A DNA stretch of 64,000 nucleotides from a virus. Taxonomy: Duplodnaviria > Caudoviricetes. The DNA lies in IMG/VR virus record IMGVR_UViG_2920580016_000003, positions 1 to 64,000 of that record; one strand, written 5' to 3'. Position 1 is the stretch's first letter. Every line of letters starts with the position of its first letter. A program made the position numbers and the translations under genes. Below are positions 18,535-28,141 of this stretch, in pieces. The notes beneath the pieces are model-generated. The model searched no databases. It was not told where the DNA came from and worked only from the letters and a program-made list of their open reading frames with translations.

Positions 18535-18696
18535 GGCGCTGAACCCTCGCGCACCACCCAAGACCTCCCGCCCGCAGCTCCACCCGAGAACGATCCAGGG
18601 GGACCGGTTGAACGCCTCCCAGCAGGACCCAGAACCACCAGCGGCACGCCGCCGCGCCGCCGGGGCCCCACACGCCACCAAACCGCCGGAGGCGCC

Positions 18697-21246
18697 GTGA
18701 GCGCCCTCCGCGAATCCGCGCGCGCAGCCCTCACCGCAGGGCTGTGCATCATCCCCGCCGCGGCCAACGGCACCAAACAGCCCTGGCCCGACGGTCCCCG
18801 CTGGAAGACCTACGAAACCCAGCAGCCCACCAGCGAACAGATCGAGCGCTGGTTCGCCAACGGCCGCTACGACGGGTTCGGCATCGTCTGCGGACGCATC
18901 TCCGGCAACCTCGAAATGCTCGAATTCGAAGGGCGCGCCGTCACCGAAGGGCTCGTCGCCGAAGCCGCCGAAATCGCCGAAGCATCAGGGCTCGGCGACC
19001 TCTGGCGGACCGTGTTCAACGGCTACCGCGAAACCACACCGTCCGGCGGCATCCACCTGCTCTACCGGGTCGCCGGACCGGTCGCCGGCAACGTCAAACT
19101 CGCCGAACGCCCCTCCACACCCGACGAATTCACCGCCTACAAGCAGCGCGAACAAGCCAAAATCGACGCCATCAAGGACCCTGCCGCCCGGGCGCGGCGG
19201 CAGCGCGGCCTCGACAACATCACCCGCTGCGAGCAGGTGCCGCAAACACTCATCGAAACCCGCGGCGAAGGCGGATTCGTCATCATCGCCCCCTCCGCGG
19301 GCCGCACCCACCCCAGCGGGCGAGGCTGGACGCTCGAGGCCGGCGGGTACATGAGCATCCCGCTCATCTCCCCTGAAGACCGCGACGCCCTCCACCACCT
19401 GACCGGCGCACTCAACCAGATGCCGCCCGAAGAGGAGGAGATCAGCCAGCAGGTTGCGCCCCGCCGCCCCGCAACCGACCGGGTCAACGGATCAGATGGG
19501 CTACGGCCCGGCGACGACTACAACCAGCGCGCCACCTGGGATGACACCCTTATCGACCGGCTCGGCTGGACGAAGGTCTACTGGCGGGGCGGCACCACCT
19601 ACTGGCGGCGGGCCGGCAAAGACCGCGGCGTCTCCGCGACCACCGGCCGCACCGGCGCCGACAACTTGTACGTTTTCTCCACGAGCACGATCTTCGAGCC
19701 GCGCAAGCCGTACAGCAAGTTCGCCGCGTACACGCTCGTCACCGAAGGCGCTACCAGCCAGGCCAGCTTCAGCGCCGCGGCGAAATCGCTACGCGCCGAA
19801 GGCTACGGCAGCCCTCTCACCGACCGGGCACCCCGGCCCGCCCCCGCCGCCGTCGAGATGAGCGTCGACGACCTGCCGCCGCATCCCGCCGACGACCCCG
19901 CAACCGAGCCCCACGACGATGGATGGGAGGCGCCGCCAGCGCGCCGCCGCGGACTCCTCCCCGACGACTTCTGGGACGCACGCCCCACCCTCCGCCACAT
20001 CCGGCAAGCAGCCCACGCCCGCGCCCGCTCCGGCGACATCGTCCTCGGCGGCATGCTCGCCCGCCTCTCCAGCCTCCTGCCGCCCGAACTCCGCGCAGAC
20101 ACCGGCGTCGGCTCACCCGCCAGCATGAACATGTTCGTCATCCTGCTCGGCGCCTCCGGCTCCGGAAAGAGCTCCGCTGCGTGGATCCCCCGCAAACTCC
20201 TGCCCTGCCCGCCCCGCATCGACTTCCTCGACGAACTCCCGCTCGGATCCGGCGAAGGCATCGCCGAGGCATACATGGGCGAGCAGCAGGTCGAAACCGA
20301 CGAGGTGTACCGGAGCGGCCCCCGCAAAGGCGAACGCAAAACCGAGACCGTGCGTATGCAGGTGCGGCACAACGCCCTCTTCTACGCCGACGAAGGCGAA
20401 TCCCTCACCAAGCAGCTGTTCGGCAGGCTGGGCGCCACCGTCGGCGAATCACTGCGCCGCGCGTGGACCGGCGGCACCATCGGCCAGTTCAACGGTCACA
20501 AGGTCAACACCCGGGTCATCGAATCCGGCACCTACTCGCTGGGCATGGTCGTCGGTTTTCAGCCCGAGACCGCGCTGCCCCTCCTCGAGGACGCGCCCGC
20601 CGGTACGCCGCAACGGTTTCTGTGGTGTTCCTCCACCGACCCGTCCATACCCGAGGACGTCGTCGAAGAGCCCGGCCCACTCGACCTCGAGCTGATCCGG
20701 CGCGGCTTCGGCATCGACCCCAAGATTTCGTTCGCGACGCCGCTGCTGCGGCAGATCAGGGCCGAGGACCGCGCCCGGGCGACCGGCGAACTCACGCTGC
20801 CGCCGCTCGACTCGCACAAGCCGCTCATGCTCGTCAAGCTCAGCGTGCTGCTCGCCATCCTCGACAACCGGCTCGACGTCACAGCCGAGGACTGGCAGCT
20901 CGCCGAGCAAATGTGGGCGACGTCGTGCGAACTGCGGGACGCGCTGCTCGAGCATGCCGCGCGGCAGGCGGCCGAGGAGCACGAGAAGCGCACCAAGCTG
21001 CACATCGACCGGGAGCTTCGGGCGCACACGGCGAAGGCGAACTCTGACCGCAACGTCGAGCGGGTCGCCCGGCGTGCCGCCAAGAGGGTACACGAGGCCG
21101 AAGGCATGACGCGGGGCGCGCTCGCGAAGGCGATCGCCTACCGCGACCGTGATCTGTTGCCTGCGGCGCTGAATCTTGCTGAGGCGCTGGGGTGGATTTC
21201 CTGCGACGGCGACCAGGTGTCGCCGGGAGATGCGAGGCCGTCATGA
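18697..21246 (+). CDS. Bifunctional primase-polymerase fused to a P-loop helicase-like domain
   Basis: PrimPol motifs GFGIVCG..LEMLEFE, TPSGGIHL, IETRGEGGFVIIAPS; Walker A GASGSGKS; DEGE; GTPQRFLW. Confidence 0.9.
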   Translation: MSALRESARAALTAGLCIIPAAANGTKQPWPDGPRWKTYETQQPTSEQIERWFANGRYDGFGIVCGRISGNLEMLEFEGRAVTEGLVAEAAEIAEASGLGDLWRTVFNGYRETTPSGGIHLLYRVAGPVAGNVKLAERPSTPDEFTAYKQREQAKIDAIKDPAARARRQRGLDNITRCEQVPQTLIETRGEGGFVIIAPSAGRTHPSGRGWTLEAGGYMSIPLISPEDRDALHHLTGALNQMPPEEEEISQQVAPRRPATDRVNGSDGLRPGDDYNQRATWDDTLIDRLGWTKVYWRGGTTYWRRAGKDRGVSATTGRTGADNLYVFSTSTIFEPRKPYSKFAAYTLVTEGATSQASFSAAAKSLRAEGYGSPLTDRAPRPAPAAVEMSVDDLPPHPADDPATEPHDDGWEAPPARRRGLLPDDFWDARPTLRHIRQAAHARARSGDIVLGGMLARLSSLLPPELRADTGVGSPASMNMFVILLGASGSGKSSAAWIPRKLLPCPPRIDFLDELPLGSGEGIAEAYMGEQQVETDEVYRSGPRKGERKTETVRMQVRHNALFYADEGESLTKQLFGRLGATVGESLRRAWTGGTIGQFNGHKVNTRVIESGTYSLGMVVGFQPETALPLLEDAPAGTPQRFLWCSSTDPSIPEDVVEEPGPLDLELIRRGFGIDPKISFATPLLRQIRAEDRARATGELTLPPLDSHKPLMLVKLSVLLAILDNRLDVTAEDWQLAEQMWATSCELRDALLEHAARQAAEEHEKRTKLHIDRELRAHTAKANSDRNVERVARRAAKRVHEAEGMTRGALAKAIAYRDRDLLPAALNLAEALGWISCDGDQVSPGDARPS

Positions 21247-21260
21247 TGTCCGTTTTGTCG

Positions 21261-21445
21261 GTGTACACGGGGCGGCGTACACCCCCGAAATCGGGTGTAC
21301 ACGTGTACATGTACACGGGGTCTGGCATACCCCAAACGCGCGAAGCACATTTTGAAACTCATAATTGCAGGTCAGGGGTTTTAGTAGGTTTGCAGCGAGT
21401 CTTTTTTTCGCGCCGAACCCGATGTACACCTACACCTTGTACACC
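21261..21445. repeat. Cluster of seven (T/G)GTACA(C) elements; candidate replication origin
   Basis: GTGTACAC 21261 and 21295, GTACAC 21277 and 21311, GTGTACAT 21303, TGTACAC 21423 and 21438; AT-richer spacer directly after PrimPol. Confidence 0.55.
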
Positions 21446-21466
21446 TTCGCGTAGGCGGCCCGTCTG

Positions 21467-21916
21467 ATGGGCCGCCGACGCACCGCACTCCTCGACGCGC
21501 AGCCGTCCCTCTGGGGTGACGAGCCGACACCGTTCGCGGACGTGGCACCTCCCTCAAAGCCGGCCGCAAAGTCGGCACCACGACGGCGCCGCAACCACAT
21601 GCTCGGCCTGCCCCGACCATGGCCCCAGCACATCCCCTGCGCCATGACCTGCCTCACCTGCGGTCAGATCGAAGGCGCCGGCATCTGCCCCGACGGATGC
21701 GCCATCGTCTGCGGCCGCCCACCCCGCACCGGCCCCGTCGAAGTCTGCCTGCTCACCCTCGTGCTGCCAGCCCGGGTCATCGGCGGCCGCGCCGTCGTTC
21801 TGTGTCCGCACTGCGACGGCACGCACTGGCACCAACCGTCGCCTGGCCGCCGGTATCGGGTCGGCCAGTGCCGCCAGCCCTACATCGTCCACCTCAACGA
21901 AGAGAGCACCCCGTGA
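21467..21916 (+). CDS. Cys-rich hypothetical protein
   Basis: CLTCG, CPDGC, CPHC..H. Confidence 0.55.
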   Translation: MGRRRTALLDAQPSLWGDEPTPFADVAPPSKPAAKSAPRRRRNHMLGLPRPWPQHIPCAMTCLTCGQIEGAGICPDGCAIVCGRPPRTGPVEVCLLTLVLPARVIGGRAVVLCPHCDGTHWHQPSPGRRYRVGQCRQPYIVHLNEESTP

Positions 21917-22305
21917 TCCGAGACAACCGCTTCCTCGTCTCGCGGCGGCCGTACGCCGTCGACCTGTCCAGCCTGCGAGGCACGCTGGAGCCCCGCCACG
22001 ACGGAACCACCTACTACCGCGGCCGGATCGACGCCGTCTGGTACCGCCGACGCCGCGGCGTCACCGTCGCCTGCATCGGCACCCTGTGGGACTCCCAAGA
22101 CGAGCAACCCGCCGACGCCGTGCAGTTCCTCGAACGGCACACCGACGGCCGGTACGGCGGCGACTGCGACGGACGCTGGGACGGCACCTCCTACTGGGGC
22201 AACAGCACACTCGAGCAGCAACACCAGCACCTCGCCGTCCTGCGGCCGATGCTCGCCAACTACCCGGAACTCCCGCCCGGCTGGGACGGGTGGTGGCGGT
22301 TCTGA
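21913..22305 (+). CDS. Hypothetical protein
   Basis: GTGA-coupled ORF, Trp/Gly-rich. Confidence 0.65.
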   Translation: MIRDNRFLVSRRPYAVDLSSLRGTLEPRHDGTTYYRGRIDAVWYRRRRGVTVACIGTLWDSQDEQPADAVQFLERHTDGRYGGDCDGRWDGTSYWGNSTLEQQHQHLAVLRPMLANYPELPPGWDGWWRF

Positions 22306-22475
22306 TGCTCCGCATCTTCTGGCCGCGGCTACTCCGCCTCCTCACCCGCAACCGCCACGTCCCCCTCGACGCCGAACTCCGCGCCCGCTACGGCACCTGG
22401 GGCTGGCTCACAGGCGAAGGCATGTGGAAGCCCACCACCCCGAAAGGACAGTTCGATGACGACTCCCACCGATGA
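22305..22475 (+). CDS. Small hypothetical protein
   Basis: TGATG-coupled 56-aa ORF. Confidence 0.45.
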   Translation: MLRIFWPRLLRLLTRNRHVPLDAELRARYGTWGWLTGEGMWKPTTPKGQFDDDSHR

Positions 22476-22662
22476 CCCGTTCTGGACCATCGCCGAAATC
22501 GCCACCAAGCTGCGCGTGTCGAAAATGACCGTGTACCGGCTCGCCGACGAGGGCGAGTTCCCCGGCACCATCCGCGTCGGACGGTCACTCCGCATCCCCG
22601 ACAGCGGACTCCAGGCGTACCTCACCAACTGCCGCGTCGACGGCGCTGCGAGCGGCTCATGA
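22456..22662 (+). CDS. Excisionase-family HTH DNA-binding protein
   Basis: WTIAEIATKLRVSKMTVYRL...IRVGRSLRIP. Confidence 0.85.
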   Translation: MTTPTDDPFWTIAEIATKLRVSKMTVYRLADEGEFPGTIRVGRSLRIPDSGLQAYLTNCRVDGAASGS

Positions 22663-23375
22663 CCACGGCTGCGGGCGACCCCACACGCCAGTCGGACCCC
22701 ACGCGCCCGGGCCGCTGGTGCGACCAGCACAAGCAGGTCGAATGCGCCAAGAGCCGTAAGGGCGGCGGCGTGTGCCACGGTGCCGCGATCTCCGGTTTGG
22801 ACGCGTGCCGGATGCACGCCGGCCAACGCGCCGACGTCGCCCGCGCGAAGGGTGAGGCGCTCAGTGCGTGGCGTGCGAACCCCGGACGCCAGGATGTGTC
22901 GCCGAGCGAAGCCGTGATGGCGATGTTGCAGATGTCGTGGGCGCGCGTCCACGTCTACGCCGGGCTGTTGGAGCGGCAGGTGGCGGCTGCGGATCCGCCT
23001 CGGCCGGGCGGTGTCGGTCAGGGCGCTGGCCTGGTCGGTCACACGTTCAGCGCGTCGCCGTCGGTGGGCGTGTACGAGTCGGGCGAGGCCGTTCGGGCGC
23101 TGGCCAAGCTTGAGGCGGAGGAGCGGGACCGGTGTGTCCGGTACGCGAAGGTGGCGCACGACATGGGGATCGCCGACCGGGAGATTCGCTTGGCTGAGGC
23201 TCAGGGTGCTCTGATCGCCGGGGTGATCGGCCGGGTCCTGGACGCGGTGCTGCAGCGGACGCTCGAGGCGGTCGGCCAGAGTGCGGGGGCCCGGTTGAGG
23301 ACGGCGTGGCCGGGCTGGATCACCGAGCTGGTGCCGCGGGAACTGCTGGCCATCGCAGGAGAGGTGGGGACGTGA
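22659..23375 (+). CDS. Terminase small subunit-like protein (HGGxSTG-like Cys/His N-terminus)
   Basis: C...R.GG..C...AISG...CRMHAG followed by [27 protein letters not shown], typical of actinophage TerS-like proteins. Confidence 0.6.
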   Translation: MTTAAGDPTRQSDPTRPGRWCDQHKQVECAKSRKGGGVCHGAAISGLDACRMHAGQRADVARAKGEALSAWRANPGRQDVSPSEAVMAMLQMSWARVHVYAGLLERQVAAADPPRPGGVGQGAGLVGHTFSASPSVGVYESGEAVRALAKLEAEERDRCVRYAKVAHDMGIADREIRLAEAQGALIAGVIGRVLDAVLQRTLEAVGQSAGARLRTAWPGWITELVPRELLAIAGEVGT

Positions 23376-23520
23376 TGCTCGTTCAGGACGCCCTGTTCGC
23401 CGACGATGCGACGTCGGGTGCGGTGATCGACGGTCCGTTCCGGTACACGCTGTGGCGCACGTGGGCATCGAGCCTGCCGCTGTGCGGCTGGGTGATGCTC
23501 AACCCGTCCACGGCTACTGC
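23375..23520 (+). pseudogene. Truncated DUF1643-like gene
   Basis: FRYTLWRTW...[11 protein letters not shown]-terminal signature, after which similarity stops at the HNH insertion. Confidence 0.65.
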
Positions 23521-23550
23521 CTTGTCGGTGGTGGCAATTACGGTGGATGC

Positions 23551-24456
23551 ATGGGCGTCTATAAGGTTGACGATATTCAAGCCGTTCGGCTCTACGAGCA
23601 GGGCCTCAACATGCGGCAAGTCGCACTCCGCCTCGGTGTCAAGGCCGACACTGTGGGCCGAGCCCTTCGCCGCCAAGGCATCGATATTCGAGATGGTCGC
23701 AAGGTGGCAGTTGACGATCAGCAAATCGCGTCCATGTATGTGGCAGGCAAGACCCTCGATGCCATCGCCGACGAACTGCGCCTTAGCCGCTTCGTGGTGC
23801 GAGCAAGCCTGCAGCGCTCGGGGATTGAGCGCCGACAGTCAGCGGACTACCGTCGGATCCCCTTCGACCCAAGCGAAGCGGTGCGCCTGTACAAGGAGAC
23901 CAAGAGTTCAAAAAAGGTCGCACGCGCCCTTCGCGTGCCAGAGGACGCGGTGTTGCGAACACTCCATGAGCAAGGGGTTCGCACACGTCGCAGACGATAT
24001 GTGCTCTCGGCGGACGAGGAGCAACGTGTCGTGGATCTGTATCGGAACGGGAGAACGATCCGCGACATTGGGGTGGAACTTCAGGTTCCACAGCGCGCCG
24101 TGCGTCAAGCGCTCAGGCTTCTCAACATCGATCTATCAGAACGTGGCAGTGCCCTCGGTCCGCGTAAGGTTCGAATTGGCAAGGACGGGGTTTATCTCGG
24201 CGTTCGCGTTGACGACTCAGACCCGATGGCCTGCATGCGTCAGGCGGGTGGACTCGTGCTTGAACACCGCCTCGTCATGGCGCGGCACCTCGGACGTCCC
24301 CTGCTGCCTGGCGAAACTGTCCATCACATCAACAACAACGGGCACGACAACAGGATCGAGAACCTGCAGCTACGAGTCGGTCAGCATGGTCGCGGCTATG
24401 CACTTCAGTGCGCCGACTGCGGATCTCATCGAATTCAGCCTGCGCCGCTTGCCTGA
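23551..24456 (+). CDS. HNH homing endonuclease with four tandem HTH repeats
   Basis: [35 protein letters not shown]; four LY..G.....IA..L.V...V...L repeats; visibly lower GC than the flanks. Confidence 0.9.
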   Translation: MGVYKVDDIQAVRLYEQGLNMRQVALRLGVKADTVGRALRRQGIDIRDGRKVAVDDQQIASMYVAGKTLDAIADELRLSRFVVRASLQRSGIERRQSADYRRIPFDPSEAVRLYKETKSSKKVARALRVPEDAVLRTLHEQGVRTRRRRYVLSADEEQRVVDLYRNGRTIRDIGVELQVPQRAVRQALRLLNIDLSERGSALGPRKVRIGKDGVYLGVRVDDSDPMACMRQAGGLVLEHRLVMARHLGRPLLPGETVHHINNNGHDNRIENLQLRVGQHGRGYALQCADCGSHRIQPAPLA

Positions 24457-24489
24457 CCCTGCGCCCGGACTGGCTGGCGGTGGCGTCTG

Positions 24490-24777
24490 ATGCATTTCCG
24501 TCACCGATGGGTCGAGGTCGAATGTATCGGCCGTCTCGTCACCGAACGGTGCGCGGTCTGCTCGAGGACGCGGACCCGCGTGCGCGGCCCTGTACGCGAT
24601 TCTCCCGGTTCCGGCGTCCAGAGTGTCGCGACCGCCCCCGTAAACGGCTCTACGGCCGCCACAGCGCCGTCTACGGCTATTTCTGTGGACCTCCGCAATG
24701 CTGTGCCGCACAGAACATGCTTGGAGCAGTACCAGCGGCACGTGATCGACCAGCAGTCGCCCGACTACCACGGATAA
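24490..24777 (+). CDS. Hypothetical protein
   Basis: ORF filling the gap; H.H.W...C..C. Confidence 0.45.
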   Translation: MHFRHRWVEVECIGRLVTERCAVCSRTRTRVRGPVRDSPGSGVQSVATAPVNGSTAATAPSTAISVDLRNAVPHRTCLEQYQRHVIDQQSPDYHG

Positions 24778-24789
24778 GAGGAGAGCCGA

Positions 24790-24960
24790 ATGTCGGTTGA
24801 AGTGACGATCGTCTGTGACGGTTGCGCCACGCTCCTGGCGGCGGGGAAGACGGCGCAGACCGCCCGCCGCTCCATCCCCGACCACCTGCCCGTGCGGCTG
24901 TCCCGCCCAGGCGGCAAGGACTACTGCGACATCGAGTGCGAGAGGGCCGACCGTGGCTGA
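24790..24960 (+). CDS. 56-aa CxxC mini-protein
   Basis: GAGGAG SD; MSVEVTIVCDGC...DYCDIEC. Confidence 0.55.
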   Translation: MSVEVTIVCDGCATLLAAGKTAQTARRSIPDHLPVRLSRPGGKDYCDIECERADRG

Positions 24961-25243
24961 CGACACCGCGCACCTCATCACAAGCCTGCAGAAGGGCTAC
25001 CTCGAGGCGACCGCCGAGCTGGCCGTAGCCGAGGCCGAGTTGGAGCGGCTGCGCGTCGTCGAGACAGCGAGCATCGGCGCGCACGCGCTCCTGGCCGACG
25101 CCGAGGCCGCCATCGCCCGCGTCCGCGAGATCCACGGCCGCGACGACAGCAACCCACACGGGCCCTGGTGCGGCACGTGCACGAACGTCTGGCCGTGCGC
25201 CACGTGGCGCGCCCTCGGCGGAGAGGAGCCCGACCGTGGATGA
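24953..25243 (+). CDS. Hypothetical protein
   Basis: AIARVREIH...CGTC..WPCATWRAL actinophage motif. Confidence 0.65.
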   Translation: MADDTAHLITSLQKGYLEATAELAVAEAELERLRVVETASIGAHALLADAEAAIARVREIHGRDDSNPHGPWCGTCTNVWPCATWRALGGEEPDRG

Positions 25244-25616
25244 CGACTACCGCCAGCGCTGCACCGACGCAGCCATGAAAGCCTGGGGCGAGCAGGCTGT
25301 GCTGTGCGACCACAGCCAGATCATCCCCATCGGCAGCATCGTGAACGCCGTCATCGCAGTACGCGACCAGGATGTAGAGACGCTGCGCTCCGAGAACGAG
25401 GACCTCCGCAAGCGCGCCGAGCTGGCTGAAGCGGCGATCGTCCGGGTCATCGCCAACATCAAGACCAGCAACCTCGAAGGCGAATGCCCGCCCGACCCAT
25501 CCGAGTGGCAACGCGGCTACTGGGCCTGCGCCACCAGCGTGATCGGCACTGCCGGTGCGCCTTACGTGGACGCCGCCATCGACGCGATCAAGAGAGCGAG
25601 GGAACGCCGTGGATGA
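25236..25616 (+). CDS. Hypothetical protein
   Basis: Overlapping-start ORF. Confidence 0.6.
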   Translation: MDDDYRQRCTDAAMKAWGEQAVLCDHSQIIPIGSIVNAVIAVRDQDVETLRSENEDLRKRAELAEAAIVRVIANIKTSNLEGECPPDPSEWQRGYWACATSVIGTAGAPYVDAAIDAIKRARERRG

Positions 25617-26322
25617 CCGAGACTACGAGACCGTCGAAGCGGTGGACGAGAACGGCCGCCACATCACCCGGATCATCCACCACGAGCCGCCCGCCTCCGA
25701 CATGACGCTCATCGCGACCGCTGAGCTTGACCATCTGCGGGCCCGGCTCGAAGCCACGGAGGCCGCGTTGGAAACGCTGCGCGCCCAGCTCGGCGATCAC
25801 GGTGGCGGTCCGCGGCACTTCAAGTGCGTGCCGATCACCGCGTTCGCCGAGAAGGTGAGCGAGAAGCGGACTGCGTTCGCTCAGCGTGAGGAGGCGGTGA
25901 ACGAGTGCCGTCGCGCGCTGGCAGAGGTCGCCCGGCTGCGCGCCGGCGAAGCCGACGACCTCCCGACACCCGGCACCAACTACACCCCTGCCCAATGGAT
26001 CCACCGCTGGAACGACGCCACTCCCGAAGAACGGCTCACACGAGCAGAGCACATCCTCGCCGACACCGTCACCGCCAGCCGCTGCATTGCTGCGGACCAC
26101 GACGGGGCGGTCGCCGAGAACGAGCATCTGCGGTGCCTCCACGTCAGGGCGCGCGCGGTCGCCGAGTCGTGGCGGGCTGCGGGTATGCGGCGCGCAGATG
26201 AGGACGGCGATTCGATGTGGGTCGGCCTCGCCCACGCCTGCGCCCAAATCCTGGCCGCTCTGGACGGCGGCACCGTTGAGGACGCCGACGGCAACCCCAT
26301 CGAAGGAGGAACCCGTGGCTAA
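25609..26322 (+). CDS. Hypothetical coiled-coil protein
   Basis: Overlapping-start ORF. Confidence 0.65.
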   Translation: MDDRDYETVEAVDENGRHITRIIHHEPPASDMTLIATAELDHLRARLEATEAALETLRAQLGDHGGGPRHFKCVPITAFAEKVSEKRTAFAQREEAVNECRRALAEVARLRAGEADDLPTPGTNYTPAQWIHRWNDATPEERLTRAEHILADTVTASRCIAADHDGAVAENEHLRCLHVRARAVAESWRAAGMRRADEDGDSMWVGLAHACAQILAALDGGTVEDADGNPIEGGTRG

Positions 26323-26659
26323 CCTTCCAGAAGATGCCGTGAAAGCCGCAGCAGACGCGCTCTCCGGCCATTCCGGCCATTCCGGCCATTCCAGCCATCC
26401 TCCCGAGCACTGGCAGACCGAGGCCCAGGTCGCAGTGCAGGCAGCCGCCCCGATCCTGGCCACCCAGGCGCAGCGTGAACTGCTCGCCGCCGCCCGGGCA
26501 TGCGTGACGTGCGGCGATGCCCATCAGTGCCGGCGGATCAACGACGGCGGCATGGGCCGCGACTCCTGGGCGCACCCGGCCGACGGCCACCCGTACCGGC
26601 AGTCGTCGCGAGCAGCAGCCGAGTGGATCGCCCGCCAGATCGGAGAAGCCCATGCTTGA
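26315..26659 (+). CDS. Hypothetical protein with an (SGH)n repeat
   Basis: AAGGAGG SD; CVTC..H motif. Confidence 0.6.
   Translation: MANLPEDAVKAAADALSGHSGHSGHSSHPPEHWQTEAQVAVQAAAPILATQAQRELLAAARACVTCGDAHQCRRINDGGMGRDSWAHPADGHPYRQSSRAAAEWIARQIGEAHA
26363..26398 (+). repeat. 9-bp tandem repeat (TCCGGCCAT)x3 + TCCAGCCAT
   Basis: Read directly; encodes SGHSGHSGHSSH. Confidence 0.9.
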
Positions 26660-26924
26660 ACAGCAAGGCGCCCGGGCCTGGATCGCCCCGCTCGGCACGC
26701 CGCTCGACGAGCCTGGCTGGGTCGAGATCGGCACCATTCACGACGACGGACTCGTCTTCGAGCCTGAACCTAAGCCGCTGCCGGATTGGAGCGCGCCGAA
26801 ACGGCTCACGATCACCTTGCGGGGCCGTGGCCGGTTCGGCTGGCGGTTCTACCAAACCTTCTGGCAGACGCCGGGCCCGCACGCACGGCGGGTGAAGCGC
26901 GAATACCACCGGCGGCGCCGATGA
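26652..26924 (+). CDS. Small protein resembling the tail-tube N-terminus
   Basis: AWIAPLGTP...GWVEIGTIHDDGLVF versus LYIAVLGTP...NWIQLGYTDEGSTF in 51041-51595. Confidence 0.6.
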   Translation: MLEQQGARAWIAPLGTPLDEPGWVEIGTIHDDGLVFEPEPKPLPDWSAPKRLTITLRGRGRFGWRFYQTFWQTPGPHARRVKREYHRRRR

Positions 26925-27133
26925 CTGCCGCCTGGATCGTCACTGCCGTAATCAGTTGCTTTGCAGGGAACCGGGTGAGTGGACGCATCATCTTCCTGCT
27001 CAACCACCGTTCTCAGGCGTTCAAGACGATCGACTTCGTCATCCTCGGCGGCGTGGCACTGGTTGCTCTGATGTCGGCGTTCACCGTGCCAGCCCTGATC
27101 TTCTATAACCTCGCCACGGAGGTACACCGATGA
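26921..27133 (+). CDS. Small membrane protein
   Basis: Two hydrophobic segments. Confidence 0.55.
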   Translation: MTAAWIVTAVISCFAGNRVSGRIIFLLNHRSQAFKTIDFVILGGVALVALMSAFTVPALIFYNLATEVHR

Positions 27134-27378
27134 CCGGCCTCTGGATCCTCGCCACCCTCGCCCTCTACGCGGCCGGGTTCATGGCGACCGCCCGCGCCGC
27201 CAACATCCTCGACGGACGGTGGGAGTGGCTCCGGCTCGGCGACGACGACGACGTCATGGCCGCCATCATCTGGCCGCTCGTCTGGCTCGTCGTCATAGTT
27301 GCGCTGCCGTTCGCCCTGCTCTACCGCCTGGCCACCCGCGATCTACCCGCAAAGAACAGCACCACCGAGGGGGAGTAA
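27130..27378 (+). CDS. Small membrane protein
   Basis: Two hydrophobic segments; AAIIWPLVWLVV. Confidence 0.65.
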   Translation: MTGLWILATLALYAAGFMATARAANILDGRWEWLRLGDDDDVMAAIIWPLVWLVVIVALPFALLYRLATRDLPAKNSTTEGE

Positions 27379-27382
27379 CACC

Positions 27383-28141
27383 GTGCCTATCGACCCGAAC
27401 TCGTGTCCGGGCGTTTGCAACCGCCGATACCGGGAGGCGGTCAACGCCTACGACCTGGCCGTCGACCAGCACGTCGCCGCCATGCAGGAATGGCTCGCCC
27501 TGCCAGGCGACGACCGCGGACCTCGGCCGGAACCACCTGAGTTGCCGAGCACTCCGTTCACCGTTGGCGCGCCGATCTGGGACCCCGGCTGTTCCCGCCT
27601 CATCCGCGGCGCGCTCGCCGAGCTCGACGACACCGCCGCACTCCTGGCCGCTGCCGTCGACGGGCATCGCGGCGCCGCCCTGGCCGGCCCGAACGGGGCG
27701 ACCGCCCCGGACCACAAGACGATCGTCGACACCTTGGACGAGGTGTTCGGGTTCTTGGTGGAGGTGGAGGATCAGTGGCGGCAGGCTCGCGGGTATCGGC
27801 CGCGCCCGCATCGGGCCCGCGGCGCCCACGCACGGGCGGTGTGCGTGGGCTGGTTGTTGGATCAGCTCGACGACATCCTGCTGCACCAGGGCAGCGTCGA
27901 GTTCGGGCTGGGCGTGCTGCGGTGGCAGCGCCGGTTGCGGGCGATGTCGAAGTCGGATCCGGCCAGCCGCCGGTCGCCGATCCGGTGTCCGCGCTGCCGG
28001 GAACGCCAGGTCTCGCGGCGTGATGACGGGTATTACGAGTGCCTGTGCGGCCGCCTGTTGAACGAGGCGGAGCATGACCGCGAGTATGCGGAGCAGGCCG
28101 ACGAGCACGACCACCAGCAGCAGGAAGTCGGTGCGTCATGA
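27383..28141 (+). CDS. Zinc-ribbon protein, possible late regulator
   Basis: N-terminal CPGVCN; C-terminal CPRC...ECLCG. Confidence 0.65.
   Translation: MPIDPNSCPGVCNRRYREAVNAYDLAVDQHVAAMQEWLALPGDDRGPRPEPPELPSTPFTVGAPIWDPGCSRLIRGALAELDDTAALLAAAVDGHRGAALAGPNGATAPDHKTIVDTLDEVFGFLVEVEDQWRQARGYRPRPHRARGAHARAVCVGWLLDQLDDILLHQGSVEFGLGVLRWQRRLRAMSKSDPASRRSPIRCPRCRERQVSRRDDGYYECLCGRLLNEAEHDREYAEQADEHDHQQQEVGAS

Noticed and set aside
18324-18542. ATGA-coupled 72-aa ORF
   Set aside because: Low-complexity Arg/Pro sequence; the overlapping 18340-18534 frame with two CxxC motifs is more protein-like
21261-21445. CRISPR-like array
   Set aside because: Repeats are only 6-8 bp, irregularly spaced, and no cas genes are present
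23520-24460. Group I intron carrying the HNH within DUF1643
   Set aside because: Only about 11 codons follow the HNH before the next gene, with no DUF1643 C-terminal motifs, so there is no 3' exon
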